In this document: in pieces, positions 25,823 to 36,242 of the stretch
Position numbering within the stretch: position 1 is the stretch's first letter
Layout of the letters: each line of letters opens with the position of its first letter
Assembly (NCBI GenBank): GCA_014860355.1
Contig: JACZJV010000062.1
Coordinates: forward strand, 759 to 64,758
Origin: Burkholderiales bacterium
Lineage (GTDB): Bacteria; Pseudomonadota; Gammaproteobacteria; Burkholderiales; SG8-39
DNA length: 64,000 bases
Direction: 5' to 3'
Made by a program: the position numbers and the translations under genes
Notes under the pieces: model-generated
What the model saw: only the letters and a program-made list of their open reading frames with translations
Database searches by the model: none
Told to the model about the DNA's origin: nothing

Positions 25823-26599
25823 TCAATCCTTACTAATGGAAGGTTTGAATAATCGGAAGAAATTCGCAGTCGTCGCCGCCGCCACCGCTTCCAGGGAGGT
25901 TTCGCGCAAACGGGCGATTTCCTCTGCCACATGCCTGACCCAGCCCGGCTCGTTGGTTTTCCCGCGGTGCGGTACCGGAGCAAGATAGGGGGAATCGGTT
26001 TCCACCAGCATGCGCTCCAGCGGTATCGCTTTGGCCACCTCCTTGATGGAATGGGCGTTCTTGAAGGTGACTATGCCGGAAAAGGAGATATAGAAATCCA
26101 TATCCATGGCCGCCAGCGCAAACTCCATGGTTTCGGTGAAGCAATGCATTACCCCGCCTATCTCGCCGGCGCGTTCTTCGCGCAGGATGCGCAAAGTGTC
26201 GTCGCCGGCGTCCCGCGTATGGATGATCAATGGCTTGCCACAATCGCGCGCGGCCCGGATGTGGGTGCGAAAGCGCGCCTTTTGCCATTCGAGCTCGCCC
26301 TCCTGGCGATAGTAGTCCAGGCCGGTTTCGCCAATGGCGACGATTCTGGGGTGCTGCGCGCGCTCGAGCAGGTCCCCGAGCCCGGGACTGGCATCGTCGG
26401 CCTGGTCCGGATGCACTCCGACCGAGGCGTACAGCTGCGCATGGCCTTCCGCCAGAGCCAGGACGCGTGGAAAATCAGCGAGATTGACGGATACACACAG
26501 GGCATGTGTCACCTGATTCTGCGCCATGCCCTCGAGAATCTGCGGGATGCGATCGGCATATTGCTCGAAATCGATATGGCAATGCGAATCGACCAGCAT
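25823..26599 (-). CDS. tatD: TatD-family metal-dependent hydrolase/DNase
   Basis: 258 aa. MLVDSHCHIDF, GETGLDY, IHTRDA and ETDSPYLAP motifs. Confidence 0.9.
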   Translation of the reverse strand: MLVDSHCHIDFEQYADRIPQILEGMAQNQVTHALCVSVNLADFPRVLALAEGHAQLYASVGVHPDQADDASPGLGDLLERAQHPRIVAIGETGLDYYRQEGELEWQKARFRTHIRAARDCGKPLIIHTRDAGDDTLRILREERAGEIGGVMHCFTETMEFALAAMDMDFYISFSGIVTFKNAHSIKEVAKAIPLERMLVETDSPYLAPVPHRGKTNEPGWVRHVAEEIARLRETSLEAVAAATTANFFRLFKPSISKD

Positions 26600-26606
26600 G
26601 GCGGAT

Positions 26607-27617
26607 CTAGCCTATCTCTTTGTAGGCGATGAACAAGTCGTCGAAGAACAACCTGGTGTTCAAGGGGTGCTCGGAAATCGCCCGCAGCGATGACAGTGCA
26701 CTGTAAAAGCGCAGCAACTGCAGCAAGGGCATGCGTTCGGCCAGCAGGCTCAGTTTCCTTTCCTGGTCGATGTTGTATCGCGCCCTGCCCTTGCTCGCGA
26801 GCGCGATCAAATCGTAGGTCCACTTCAGCATCCAGTCGACCACGGGGCCAGGCTGCAGCCGCTGGCAGAAATCAGCCAGGCCCAGCGCGCTCGTGTTCGC
26901 CAGGCCGAGCAGGTCGAACAGCCTGCGACGCGTATCGGCCTCCTCGTCTGGCAGCGCAGCCGCTTCCAGGGGGGCGTCGCCGGCGAAAGCGAGCGTAGCG
27001 GGCGTGGCTTTGCTGCCCTGCTGCTGCAGCCAGCGCAGCGACAATTCCCGCGGCGGCAAAGTCAAGGCTAGCGCGTGACAGCGGCTGCGCACGGTAGCCA
27101 GCAGCCTGCTCGGCTGGTGCGAGACCAGCAGAAATACCACTCCGGCCGATGGCTCTTCCAGGTTTTTCAGCAAGGCATTGGCCGATCCCGGATTCATGCT
27201 TTCGGCCGGGTAGATCAACACTACGCGATAGCCGTTGCGATGCGAACCCAGGTTCAGAAAATCACTAAGCGCGCGAATCTGATCTATTTTGATTTGCTTG
27301 CTCGCCTTTTTCCTGGTTTCGTCGGCACCCTCGGCGGGTTCTGCCTCGTCCTGGGCAGGCGCCAGGGCTTCCGGCTGAACCAGGCGAAAATCGGGATGAT
27401 TGCCCGCGACGAACCAGGTGCACGCCGGACAGGCACCACAGGCCAGGCCCTGGTTCGACTTGTTCTCGCACAGCAGGGACTGGGCCAGAACCTGCGCCAG
27501 ATGCAGCTTGCCTATGCCGGGGCGGCCGTGGAACAGCAGCGCATGAGGCAGGCGCCCATGCATCGCGGCGAGCCGGCCCCATATCTCCTCCTGCCAAGGA
27601 AAGTAGTTTATTGACAT
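26607..27617 (-). CDS. holB: DNA polymerase III subunit delta'
   Basis: 336 aa. [15 protein letters not shown] (Walker-A-like), zinc module C..C.AC...HPD, and the SRC motif (VRSRCH). Confidence 0.88.
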   Translation of the reverse strand: MSINYFPWQEEIWGRLAAMHGRLPHALLFHGRPGIGKLHLAQVLAQSLLCENKSNQGLACGACPACTWFVAGNHPDFRLVQPEALAPAQDEAEPAEGADETRKKASKQIKIDQIRALSDFLNLGSHRNGYRVVLIYPAESMNPGSANALLKNLEEPSAGVVFLLVSHQPSRLLATVRSRCHALALTLPPRELSLRWLQQQGSKATPATLAFAGDAPLEAAALPDEEADTRRRLFDLLGLANTSALGLADFCQRLQPGPVVDWMLKWTYDLIALASKGRARYNIDQERKLSLLAERMPLLQLLRFYSALSSLRAISEHPLNTRLFFDDLFIAYKEIG

Positions 27618-28222
27618 GCTGTTACGATATATTTCTCAAGTGCATTGCGAATGTCGGCGACGCTCCGGCTGGCGTCGATAACCTGGATTCTCTGCGGGTA
27701 GCGGGCAGCGCGCGCTAGGTAGACGGAGCGTACCCGGGCGAAAAAATCCAGGTTTTCCTGTTCGAAGCGGTCAGGCGCAGCCGTGGCCGCCAGGCGCCGC
27801 TCTTTGGCCTGTTCCACCGAAAGATCGAAAACGAATGTCAGATCGGGCTGCAGCCCTTGCTGCACCCAGCCCTCGAGGCTTTCAATTCTGGCCAGATCCA
27901 GCCCGCGCCCGCCGCCCTGGTAGGCGAAAGTGGCGTCGGTAAAGCGGTCCGAAAGCACCCAGGTTCCCGCGGCCAGGGCCGGCAGGACCAGCAGCTCCAG
28001 GTGCTCGCGCCTGGCAGCGAACATGAGCAAGGTCTCGGTTTCGAGGTGCATGGGCTGCGTCAGCAGCAGTTTGCGCAGTGCTTCCCCAAGAGGCGTGCCG
28101 CCGGGCTCGCGCGTCACGGCCACCTTCTTTCCTGCCGCTTCCAGGCGCGCGGCGATCCAGTCCAGGTGGGTGCTCTTGCCCGCGCCGTCGACGCCTTCCA
28201 GGGTAATGAACTTGCCGCGCAT
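27608..28222 (-). CDS. tmk: dTMP (thymidylate) kinase
   Basis: [19 protein letters not shown]-loop plus the [11 protein letters not shown] and DRF motifs. I chose ATG 28222 within the longer ORF. It overlaps holB by 10 nt. Confidence 0.93.
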   Translation of the reverse strand: MRGKFITLEGVDGAGKSTHLDWIAARLEAAGKKVAVTREPGGTPLGEALRKLLLTQPMHLETETLLMFAARREHLELLVLPALAAGTWVLSDRFTDATFAYQGGGRGLDLARIESLEGWVQQGLQPDLTFVFDLSVEQAKERRLAATAAPDRFEQENLDFFARVRSVYLARAARYPQRIQVIDASRSVADIRNALEKYIVTACQ

Positions 28223-28223
28223 G

Positions 28224-29228
28224 CTAGCGTTTCTTCTTTTGCCGCTGGTACCGGGATACCGCGCGTTCGTGTTCCGCCAGGGTGCGCGAAAATTCGCTCG
28301 AACCGTCGCCGCGGGCGACAAAATACAGGGCATTGGTATCCGCCGGGTTCAGCGCCGCCTGCAGCGCCGCGAGGCCAGGCATGGCAATCGGCGTAGGCGG
28401 CAGCCCGGCCCGCGTATAGGTATTGTGCGGCGTATCGGCGCGCAGGTCTTTGGTGCGCAGATTGCCATCGAATTTTTCTCCCATCCCGTAAATCACGGAA
28501 GGATCGGTCTGGAGCAGCATGCCCATGCGCAGGCGATTGACGAATACTCCCGCGACCTGCGCGCGTTCGTTCGATTGTCCGGTCTCTTTTTCGATCACCG
28601 AAGCCATGATCAAGGCCTCATAGGGGGTGCGATAAGGCAGGTCGGGGGCGCGCTGTTCCCAGGCCGCCTGTAGCCGCCTGTCCATTGCTGCGTAAGCCCG
28701 TTTGAGGACCTCCATATCGCTGCTGCCTACGCCGAAGCGATAGGTGTCGGGGAAGAACAGGCCTTCCGGGCTGCGATCGGCCGCACCCAAGCGGGCCATG
28801 ATGTCGCCATCGCTGAGATCGGCGCTCTCGTGCCTCAGGTCCGGATCGGCCTTGAGTGCCGCGCGCAGCTGCCTGAAGGTCCAACCCTCGAGGAATGTCA
28901 CCTCCGCCTGGATCACATCTCCCGAAGTCAGCTTGTCCAGCAAGGCCAGAGGCGTAACGCCGCCGGCGACTTCATAGCTGCCGGCCTGGATCGCGCCGGC
29001 CTTGTCCAACAGGCGCACGAGCAGCTTGAATCGCCAGGCGCTCAACTCGATGCCGGAATCGACGATCTGCCGCGTTGCGGTTTTCAAGCTGCTGCCCGGT
29101 TTGATGGAGAATTGCACCCGCTCAGCGCGCAGGTCCAGCGGGCTCGAGGCATACCAGCGCAGTCCCGCTGCCGCCAGCAGCGTCAAGCACAATGCGAGGA
29201 GAAGAATGCGGATGATCCACGACGACAT
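28224..29228 (-). CDS. mltG: endolytic murein transglycosylase MltG (YceG-like)
   Basis: 334 aa with an N-terminal TM segment. Motifs [18 protein letters not shown]-like ([16 protein letters not shown]) and YFVA..DG.H.FS.T..EH. Confidence 0.92.
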   Translation of the reverse strand: MSSWIIRILLLALCLTLLAAAGLRWYASSPLDLRAERVQFSIKPGSSLKTATRQIVDSGIELSAWRFKLLVRLLDKAGAIQAGSYEVAGGVTPLALLDKLTSGDVIQAEVTFLEGWTFRQLRAALKADPDLRHESADLSDGDIMARLGAADRSPEGLFFPDTYRFGVGSSDMEVLKRAYAAMDRRLQAAWEQRAPDLPYRTPYEALIMASVIEKETGQSNERAQVAGVFVNRLRMGMLLQTDPSVIYGMGEKFDGNLRTKDLRADTPHNTYTRAGLPPTPIAMPGLAALQAALNPADTNALYFVARGDGSSEFSRTLAEHERAVSRYQRQKKKR

Positions 29229-29343
29229 TCGTTTGCGGGCTTATCCGTGAGGGGCTGACTGGAGATTGCCGAGGCTATAATTGACGCTTGAATTTCATAT
29301 TATCACGCATACTTAAGACATTATCCAAGTCTGCAGGACGACG

Positions 29344-30378
29344 ATGACTTCTACCTGGCAGGACTTCCTGCTCGCACGCGGGGCGCGCATCGAAGCGGGT
29401 GTGCTGAACCATTTCGGCGACGCTGCGGCCGAACTGCGCGCAGCTCGCGATGGCTGCATTGTAGCCCCGCTGACCCACCTGGGGCTGCTAGAGTTCAGCG
29501 GCGAGGACGCGCAGGCCTTCCTCCACGGCCAGCTCAGCAACGATGTCAAACAGCTCAGTCCTGGTCGCAGCGAGTATGCAGCCTACTGCTCGGCCAAGGG
29601 GCGCATGCTGGCGAATTTCCTGTTGTGGCAGGAAGGCAGGCATTATCAGCTGCAGCTTGCCCGCGCCCTGCTGCCGGCGATGCAAAAGCGGCTGGGGATG
29701 TTCGTACTCCGGGCCCAGGTGAAGCTGGCCGACGCGAGCGAGTCGCGTCCGCTGCTGGGCCTGGCCGGCAAGGGTGCCGCCGATGTGCTGCGTGAATTCT
29801 TTCCCGCGCTCCCGCAACAGGCGCATCAGGTCGTGCACGATGCGGCCGGCGCTACCCTGATCGCGCTACCGGGCGAGAGGTTTGAGTTGATCGCCGAACT
29901 CGAGACGGCAAAGAGGCTGTGGGACAGGCTGGCTGCCAGGCTGACTCCGGTAGGCACGCCCTGCTGGGAATGGCTGGAGATCAGGGGCGGCATACCTCTG
30001 ATCACCCCTGCGACGCAGGAGCAATTCGTGCCGCAGATGGCCAATATGGAGTTGATCGGCGCAGTGAGTTTTCAGAAAGGCTGCTACCCGGGGCAGGAAA
30101 TCGTCGCCCGCACCCAGTACCTGGGCCAACTCAAGCGCCGCATGCTCCTCGCCCATGTCGCGGGAGCGGCGCCGCCGCAACCCGGTGACGCCTTGTACTG
30201 CGACGACCCGGACGCACAGGCGAGCGGCACGGTAGTCAATGCGCAGGCGGCACCCGAGGGCGGCTACGACTTGCTGGCGGTGGTGCAGACGGCCAGCATC
30301 GGCCAGGGCGCGCTGCATGTTCAATCCGCCGACGGGCCGGTGCTGCGCATCCAGCCCCTGCCCTACCCGCTCCCCTGA
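29344..30378 (+). CDS. ygfZ: folate-binding protein YgfZ (Fe-S cluster repair/tRNA modification associated)
   Basis: 344 aa with GcvT-like fold signatures. The conserved KGCYPGQE motif is present (SFQKGCYPGQEIVAR). Confidence 0.8.
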   Translation: MTSTWQDFLLARGARIEAGVLNHFGDAAAELRAARDGCIVAPLTHLGLLEFSGEDAQAFLHGQLSNDVKQLSPGRSEYAAYCSAKGRMLANFLLWQEGRHYQLQLARALLPAMQKRLGMFVLRAQVKLADASESRPLLGLAGKGAADVLREFFPALPQQAHQVVHDAAGATLIALPGERFELIAELETAKRLWDRLAARLTPVGTPCWEWLEIRGGIPLITPATQEQFVPQMANMELIGAVSFQKGCYPGQEIVARTQYLGQLKRRMLLAHVAGAAPPQPGDALYCDDPDAQASGTVVNAQAAPEGGYDLLAVVQTASIGQGALHVQSADGPVLRIQPLPYPLP

Positions 30379-30388
30379 GGCCGCCTCG

Positions 30389-31153
30389 ATGTGCCTGATC
30401 CTGCTGGCGCTAGGCGCGCATCCCGACTACCCGCTGCTGATCGCCGCCAACCGCGACGAATATTACCAGCGGCCGACGGCGAAGGCGGCGTTCTGGCAGG
30501 ATCATCCGCACATCCTCGCCGGACGCGACCTGGATGGCATGGGCACCTGGCTGGGCGTGACGCGCGCGGGCCGCTTTGCCGCGCTCACCAATTTTCGCGA
30601 TCCGCGCGAGCGCAAAACCGATGCGCCCTCGCGCGGCACACTGGTAAGCGGCTTTCTCGCGTCCGCGCTGGATCCGCGCGCGTACCTCGAGGAAATTGCA
30701 GCGCAGGCGCGGCACTACAACGGTTTCAACCTGCTGGCCGGCGACATCGACGATGTGTTCTATTTTTCCAGCCGCGCAGGCGAGGTGCAACAGCTGTCGC
30801 CGGGCATCCACGGACTGTCGAATCATCTGCTGGATACGCCCTGGCCCAAAGTGGCGCGCGGAAAACAGCGCCTGCAGGCGATGCTGGCGGACGAACCCAG
30901 CGCCGAAGCGCTGCTCGAGCTGCTGCACGACCGCCAGCCGGCGGCGCAAGGCGAACTGCCCGATACCGGTGTCGGTGTGGACATGGAGCGCGTGCTTTCA
31001 CCGGCCCTGGTCGTTACGCCCCAATACGGAACCCGCGCCTCGACGGCGGTGCTGTTCGGGGGTGACGGCAGCGTCAGTTTCAACGAACGCACCGTACTGC
31101 GCGGCGGCGAAATCGGCGCTACGGTCGGCCTGCGCTTTCGCCTCGAGCGCTGA
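30389..31153 (+). CDS. NRDE-family protein (DUF833)
   Basis: Starts MCLILLALG... and contains the eponymous ANRDE motif (LLIAANRDEYYQRPT). 254 aa. Confidence 0.75.
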   Translation: MCLILLALGAHPDYPLLIAANRDEYYQRPTAKAAFWQDHPHILAGRDLDGMGTWLGVTRAGRFAALTNFRDPRERKTDAPSRGTLVSGFLASALDPRAYLEEIAAQARHYNGFNLLAGDIDDVFYFSSRAGEVQQLSPGIHGLSNHLLDTPWPKVARGKQRLQAMLADEPSAEALLELLHDRQPAAQGELPDTGVGVDMERVLSPALVVTPQYGTRASTAVLFGGDGSVSFNERTVLRGGEIGATVGLRFRLER

Positions 31154-31583
31154 TGAGATCGAGGCGCATCGCCACATGGGGAATGCCGGCTTCGATAAAC
31201 TCCGGCCCCGCGGCCTCGAAGCCGAAGCGCCGGTAGAATCCTGCGGCCTGAATCTGCGCGTTCAGGCGCACCGTCGCATGGCCATGGTCGCGCGCCAGTT
31301 TCACCAGTGCTTGCAGCAGCAGCGCCCCCACATCCAGGCCGCGCCATGCCTCCAACACCGCCATGCGCCCGATGTGACCATCGGGCAGCAGACGCGCGGT
31401 CCCGATCGCAAGGCCCTCGGGCGTATGCGCGAGCGCGTGCTCGCAATGCGGATCCTGCTCGTCGCACTCCAGCTCCAGCGGCACGCCCTGCTCGTGCACG
31501 AACACCAGCTCACGTACGCGGCGCGCCTCGGCGCGCGCCTCATCCCAATTGCAGATGCGGATGGAAAATGACGGTGTGAGCAT
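31119..31583 (-). CDS. GNAT-family N-acetyltransferase
   Basis: 154 aa from ATG 31583. Acetyl-CoA binding motif-A context RMAVLEAWRGLDVGALLLQAL...A..FY...GF. Its 3' end overlaps the convergent NRDE gene by 35 nt. Confidence 0.8.
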   Translation of the reverse strand: MLTPSFSIRICNWDEARAEARRVRELVFVHEQGVPLELECDEQDPHCEHALAHTPEGLAIGTARLLPDGHIGRMAVLEAWRGLDVGALLLQALVKLARDHGHATVRLNAQIQAAGFYRRFGFEAAGPEFIEAGIPHVAMRLDLISARGESAGRP

Positions 31584-31619
31584 GCCGGTTATAATACCCG
31601 CCTTCCTGGTGAGACGATC

Positions 31620-33590
31620 ATGCTGAGCCTGTGGGACGACAACGAAGCGGCGCAATGCCGCGGTGAACTGGCGTTGCGCGTCTACACCTCGCGCCTGCTC
31701 GGGCGCGACAAGACCCTGGTGCTGCACGGCGGCGGCAACACCTCGGTCAAAGTGGTGGAAACAAACCTGTTCGGCGAGGACGAAAATGTTCTCTACATCA
31801 AGGGCAGCGGCTGGGATCTGGAGACCATGGAGGCGGCCGGATTCGCCCCGGTACGGCTGGATCATCTGCAGCGGCTGGCGCGGCTCGAATCGCTGTCGGA
31901 CACGCAGATGGTGAACCAGCTGGCGACGCATATGCTCAGGTCATCGGCGCCGGCACCCTCGGTGGAGACCATCCTGCACGCCTGCCTGCCCCACAGGTTT
32001 GTCGACCACACCCACGCCGACGCGGTGCTGGCGATCACCAATACCGCCGACGCAGAGCGGCGCGTGCGCGAGCTCTACGGCGATACGGTCGTGGTGATTC
32101 CCTATGCCATGCCGGGTTTCGACCTCGCCCGGCTGTGCGCGCAGGAGTACCCGCGCCAGGCCGGCGCCAACACCATAGGCATGGTGCTGATGAATCACGG
32201 CATTTTTTCCTTCGGCGACAGCGCGAGGCTATCCTACGAGCGCATGATAGCCCTGGTCGGCCGCGCCGAGGATTATCTCAAGCGCAAGCGCGCCTGGGAC
32301 ATCGCGGCGCGCGCCGCTGCGCCGGCCGGCATCGACATGCTGCAGCAGGCACAGCTGCGGCGCGCGCTGTCGGACGCCGCGGGCGCTCCCATGGTAATGG
32401 CAACGCATGCGGACGCGGAGGCGCTGGCTTTTGCACAGCGCGAGGACCTGGAAGCGCTGAGCCAGCAAGGGCCGGTTACGCCAGACCATATCATCCGCAC
32501 CAAGCGCGTACCCATGCTCGGCACCGACGTGGACGCCTACACGCGCGGCTACAAAGCCTATTTCGATGAGCACGCGCCGCAGGCCAGGGAAGCCAAGACC
32601 ATGCTCGATCCGGCGCCGCGCGTGGTGCTGGCTGCGCATTTCGGCCTGGCTGCGGCCGGCAGAAGCGCGAAAGACGCCGCCATAGTGGCCGAGTTGTACC
32701 GGCACAATATGCAGGTGATGCAGCGCGCCGAGGCTTTGGGCGGATATCGCGCCCTGCCTGCGCGAGACCTGTTCGAGGTCGAATACTGGGATCTGGAGCA
32801 GGCCAAGCTGAAAAAGGGCGGCACGCCCCCGCCCTATGCCGGCGAAATCGCGCTGGTGACGGGCGCGGCTTCCGGCATCGGCAAGGCCTGCGCAGTTGCC
32901 CTGCTCGCGCGCGGCGCGGCGGTGGTCGCATTGGATATCGATCCCGCGGTCGAGACAATGTTCCAGCGCAAGGATTTCCTGGGGCTGCGCTGTGATCTCA
33001 CCGACGAGCATGCGATAGGCCGGGCGCTTGAGAGCGCGGTGACAGCCTACGGCGGTCTGGACATGCTGGTGCTCAATGCGGGCATATTCGCCGCCAGCCG
33101 CAGGATCGACGAACTCGCCACCGACGAATGGCGCAGGGTGATGGCGATCAACCTCGACGCCAACCTGTTCCTGCTGCGCGCCTGCCATCCCCTGCTCAAG
33201 CTCGCGCCCAAAGGCGGGCGTGTGGTGGTCATAGGTTCCAAGAACGTGCCCGCTCCCGGGCCGGGCGCGGCGGCGTATTCGGCGTCCAAGGCCGCGCTCA
33301 ACCAGCTCGCCCGTGTCGCCGCGCTCGAATGGGGGGCGGACGGAATACGCATCAACTCACTGCATCCCAATGCGGTGTTCGATACCGGCATCTGGACCGA
33401 AGCGGTGCTGGCGCAGCGCGCCAGGCACTACGGACTGACGGTGAGCGAGTACAAGACCAATAATGTGCTCAAGACCGAGGTCAGGAGCCGCGACGTCGCC
33501 GAACTCGCTGCCGAAATGTGCGGGCCACTGTTCGCCAAGACCACGGCGGCGCAGGTGCCGGTGGACGGCGGCAACGAAAGGGTGATCTAG
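31620..33590 (+). CDS. bifunctional class II aldolase/adducin-domain + short-chain dehydrogenase (SDR) fusion protein
   Basis: 656 aa. N-terminal LVLHGGGNTSVK ... SVETILHACLPHRFVDHTHAD indicates a class II aldolase. C-terminal ALVTGAASGIGKA ... YSASKAALNQL carries the SDR TGxxxGxG and YxxxK motifs. The stop lies 3 nt before the mtnA start. Confidence 0.85.
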   Translation: MLSLWDDNEAAQCRGELALRVYTSRLLGRDKTLVLHGGGNTSVKVVETNLFGEDENVLYIKGSGWDLETMEAAGFAPVRLDHLQRLARLESLSDTQMVNQLATHMLRSSAPAPSVETILHACLPHRFVDHTHADAVLAITNTADAERRVRELYGDTVVVIPYAMPGFDLARLCAQEYPRQAGANTIGMVLMNHGIFSFGDSARLSYERMIALVGRAEDYLKRKRAWDIAARAAAPAGIDMLQQAQLRRALSDAAGAPMVMATHADAEALAFAQREDLEALSQQGPVTPDHIIRTKRVPMLGTDVDAYTRGYKAYFDEHAPQAREAKTMLDPAPRVVLAAHFGLAAAGRSAKDAAIVAELYRHNMQVMQRAEALGGYRALPARDLFEVEYWDLEQAKLKKGGTPPPYAGEIALVTGAASGIGKACAVALLARGAAVVALDIDPAVETMFQRKDFLGLRCDLTDEHAIGRALESAVTAYGGLDMLVLNAGIFAASRRIDELATDEWRRVMAINLDANLFLLRACHPLLKLAPKGGRVVVIGSKNVPAPGPGAAAYSASKAALNQLARVAALEWGADGIRINSLHPNAVFDTGIWTEAVLAQRARHYGLTVSEYKTNNVLKTEVRSRDVAELAAEMCGPLFAKTTAAQVPVDGGNERVI

Positions 33591-33593
33591 GCA

Positions 33594-34634
33594 GTGCAAG
33601 TGGAAACCCTGCGCTGGCGCACAGGCCGGCTGGAACTGATCGATCAGCGGCGGCTGCCGCTGGAATTCGAATACGTCGCCTGCACCGATGCGCTGCAGAC
33701 CGCGGCGGCGATACGCGACATGGTGGTGCGCGGGGCGCCGGCGATCGGCTGCACCGCAGCCTATGGCGTGGCGCTGGAGGCGCAACGCCATGCGGGCGCG
33801 GCGCGCGCGCAGTTCGATACTGCGCTGCAAGCCGCATTCCGCGTGCTCGCTGCCAGCCGCCCTACCGCCGTCAACCTGTTCTGGGCAATCGAGCGAATGC
33901 GCCAGTGCCAGGTGCAGACCCGCAGCGGTTCTACCCGGGCGGCGGCCGACGCCATGCTCGAACTGGCGCATGCGATGCGTAGCGACGACATTGAAATATG
34001 CCGCGCGATCGGGCGCAACGGCGCACCGCTCATTGCGCAGGGCGCGCGCGTCATGACCCATTGCAACGCCGGCGCGCTTGCCACCGCGGGCCATGGCACG
34101 GCGCTGGGCGTGATCCGTTCGGCGCGCGACGCGGGCAAGCGCATCAGCGTGATCGCCAACGAAACCCGGCCCTATCTTCAGGGCGCGCGGCTTACTGCCT
34201 GGGAAATGGTGCAGGAAAACATTCCGGTGACCCTGGTGACGGACAACATGGCGGGCCACCTGATGCAGCTGGGCCGCGTCGATGTGGTCGTCGTCGGCGC
34301 CGACCGCATCGCGGTCAACGGCGACACCGCCAACAAGATAGGCACTTACACCGTCGCGGTGCTGGCCGAACGCCACCGAATACCGTTCTACGTGGCGGCA
34401 CCGCTTTCGACCATCGACATCGCCATCGCCGAGGGCAGCGCCATCCCGATCGAAGAGCGCGATCCGGCGGAGGTTACCGGTTTTCGCGGCCTGCACTGGG
34501 CACCCGAGGGCGTAGAGGTCGCCAACCCCGCTTTCGATGTCACGCCGGCCGCGCTGATCACCGGCATCATCACCGAAAGAGGCGTGATCATGCAGCCCGA
34601 TGCGAAGCAGATCCGCGCGCTGTTCGAAAACTGA
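33594..34634 (+). CDS. mtnA: S-methyl-5-thioribose-1-phosphate isomerase
   Basis: 346 aa, GTG start. eIF-2B/MtnA family motifs: LIDQRRLP, VRGAPAIG, THCNAGALAT, ANETRPYLQGARLTAWE, VGADRIA.NGD.ANKIGTY. Confidence 0.9.
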   Translation: MQVETLRWRTGRLELIDQRRLPLEFEYVACTDALQTAAAIRDMVVRGAPAIGCTAAYGVALEAQRHAGAARAQFDTALQAAFRVLAASRPTAVNLFWAIERMRQCQVQTRSGSTRAAADAMLELAHAMRSDDIEICRAIGRNGAPLIAQGARVMTHCNAGALATAGHGTALGVIRSARDAGKRISVIANETRPYLQGARLTAWEMVQENIPVTLVTDNMAGHLMQLGRVDVVVVGADRIAVNGDTANKIGTYTVAVLAERHRIPFYVAAPLSTIDIAIAEGSAIPIEERDPAEVTGFRGLHWAPEGVEVANPAFDVTPAALITGIITERGVIMQPDAKQIRALFEN

Positions 34635-35120
34635 TCAGGTCTCGAGGATCTCCACCGGCGTGCCCGGTGCTACCCGATCGAACAACTCGATGATGGCGCG
34701 GTTGTGCATGCGGATGCAGCCGATCGAGCCGGGGCTGCCCATTTGCGCATGGTCCGGACTGCCGTGGATATAGATGTAGCGCTGCATCGTGTCCACCTGG
34801 CCCAGGCGATTGAATCCCGGCTCGCAACCCGACAGCCAGAGTATGCGCGTCAGTATCCAGTCGCGGCCCGGATGGCGCTCACCCAGCGCCGGGGTGTAGA
34901 TCTCGCCGCTGGGCCTGCGTCCGATGAATATGGTGTTTTCCGCGACGCCTGCGCCGATTTTCGCGCGGATGATGTGGCGGCCGCGCGGCGTGCAATAACT
35001 GTCCTTCAGTTCCCCCGCGCCATTTCTGGACGTAGAAACAGAATAGCCGCGCAGCAAGCGGCCGCCCTCATCCAGCAGTTTCAGGGTTTGCCCGGCCAGG
35101 CTGATTTCTACGCGCGGCAT
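34635..35120 (-). CDS. L,D-transpeptidase (YkuD) family protein
   Basis: 161 aa. YkuD catalytic region YIHGSPDHAQMGSPGSIGCIRM (His...Cys). No obvious signal peptide. Confidence 0.8.
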   Translation of the reverse strand: MPRVEISLAGQTLKLLDEGGRLLRGYSVSTSRNGAGELKDSYCTPRGRHIIRAKIGAGVAENTIFIGRRPSGEIYTPALGERHPGRDWILTRILWLSGCEPGFNRLGQVDTMQRYIYIHGSPDHAQMGSPGSIGCIRMHNRAIIELFDRVAPGTPVEILET

Positions 35121-35121
35121 C

Positions 35122-36013
<892 letters not shown>

Positions 36014-36242
36014 GGCCTTTCTCCTTTGGTCGACTGTCGCCAATTATACCTATTACCGCCATGCCCCGGCGTCCTCAGGAACCATGCAACCTGGCTGTGT
36101 GAATAGCGGCAACGATTGCGGGCGTTCCTTGCGCTCTCAAATGCAGGTAGGCATGATGCGCTATTGCTCCGGACGCCGTACTCGCCTTCCGGGGGAAGAC
36201 GGCGAGCCCATGCGGACAGTGAATACACAGCGGTTTGGATGA

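Noticed and set aside
31119-31153. 35-nt convergent overlap of the NRDE and GNAT genes as a regulatory antisense arrangement
   Set aside because: The overlap may simply reflect the last, poorly conserved codons of either ORF in GC-rich DNA. There is no structural signal in the overlap.
33357-34496. 379-aa minus-strand ORF antisense to mtnA
   Set aside because: It is a shadow ORF. The mtnA frame has the full eIF-2B/MtnA motif set.
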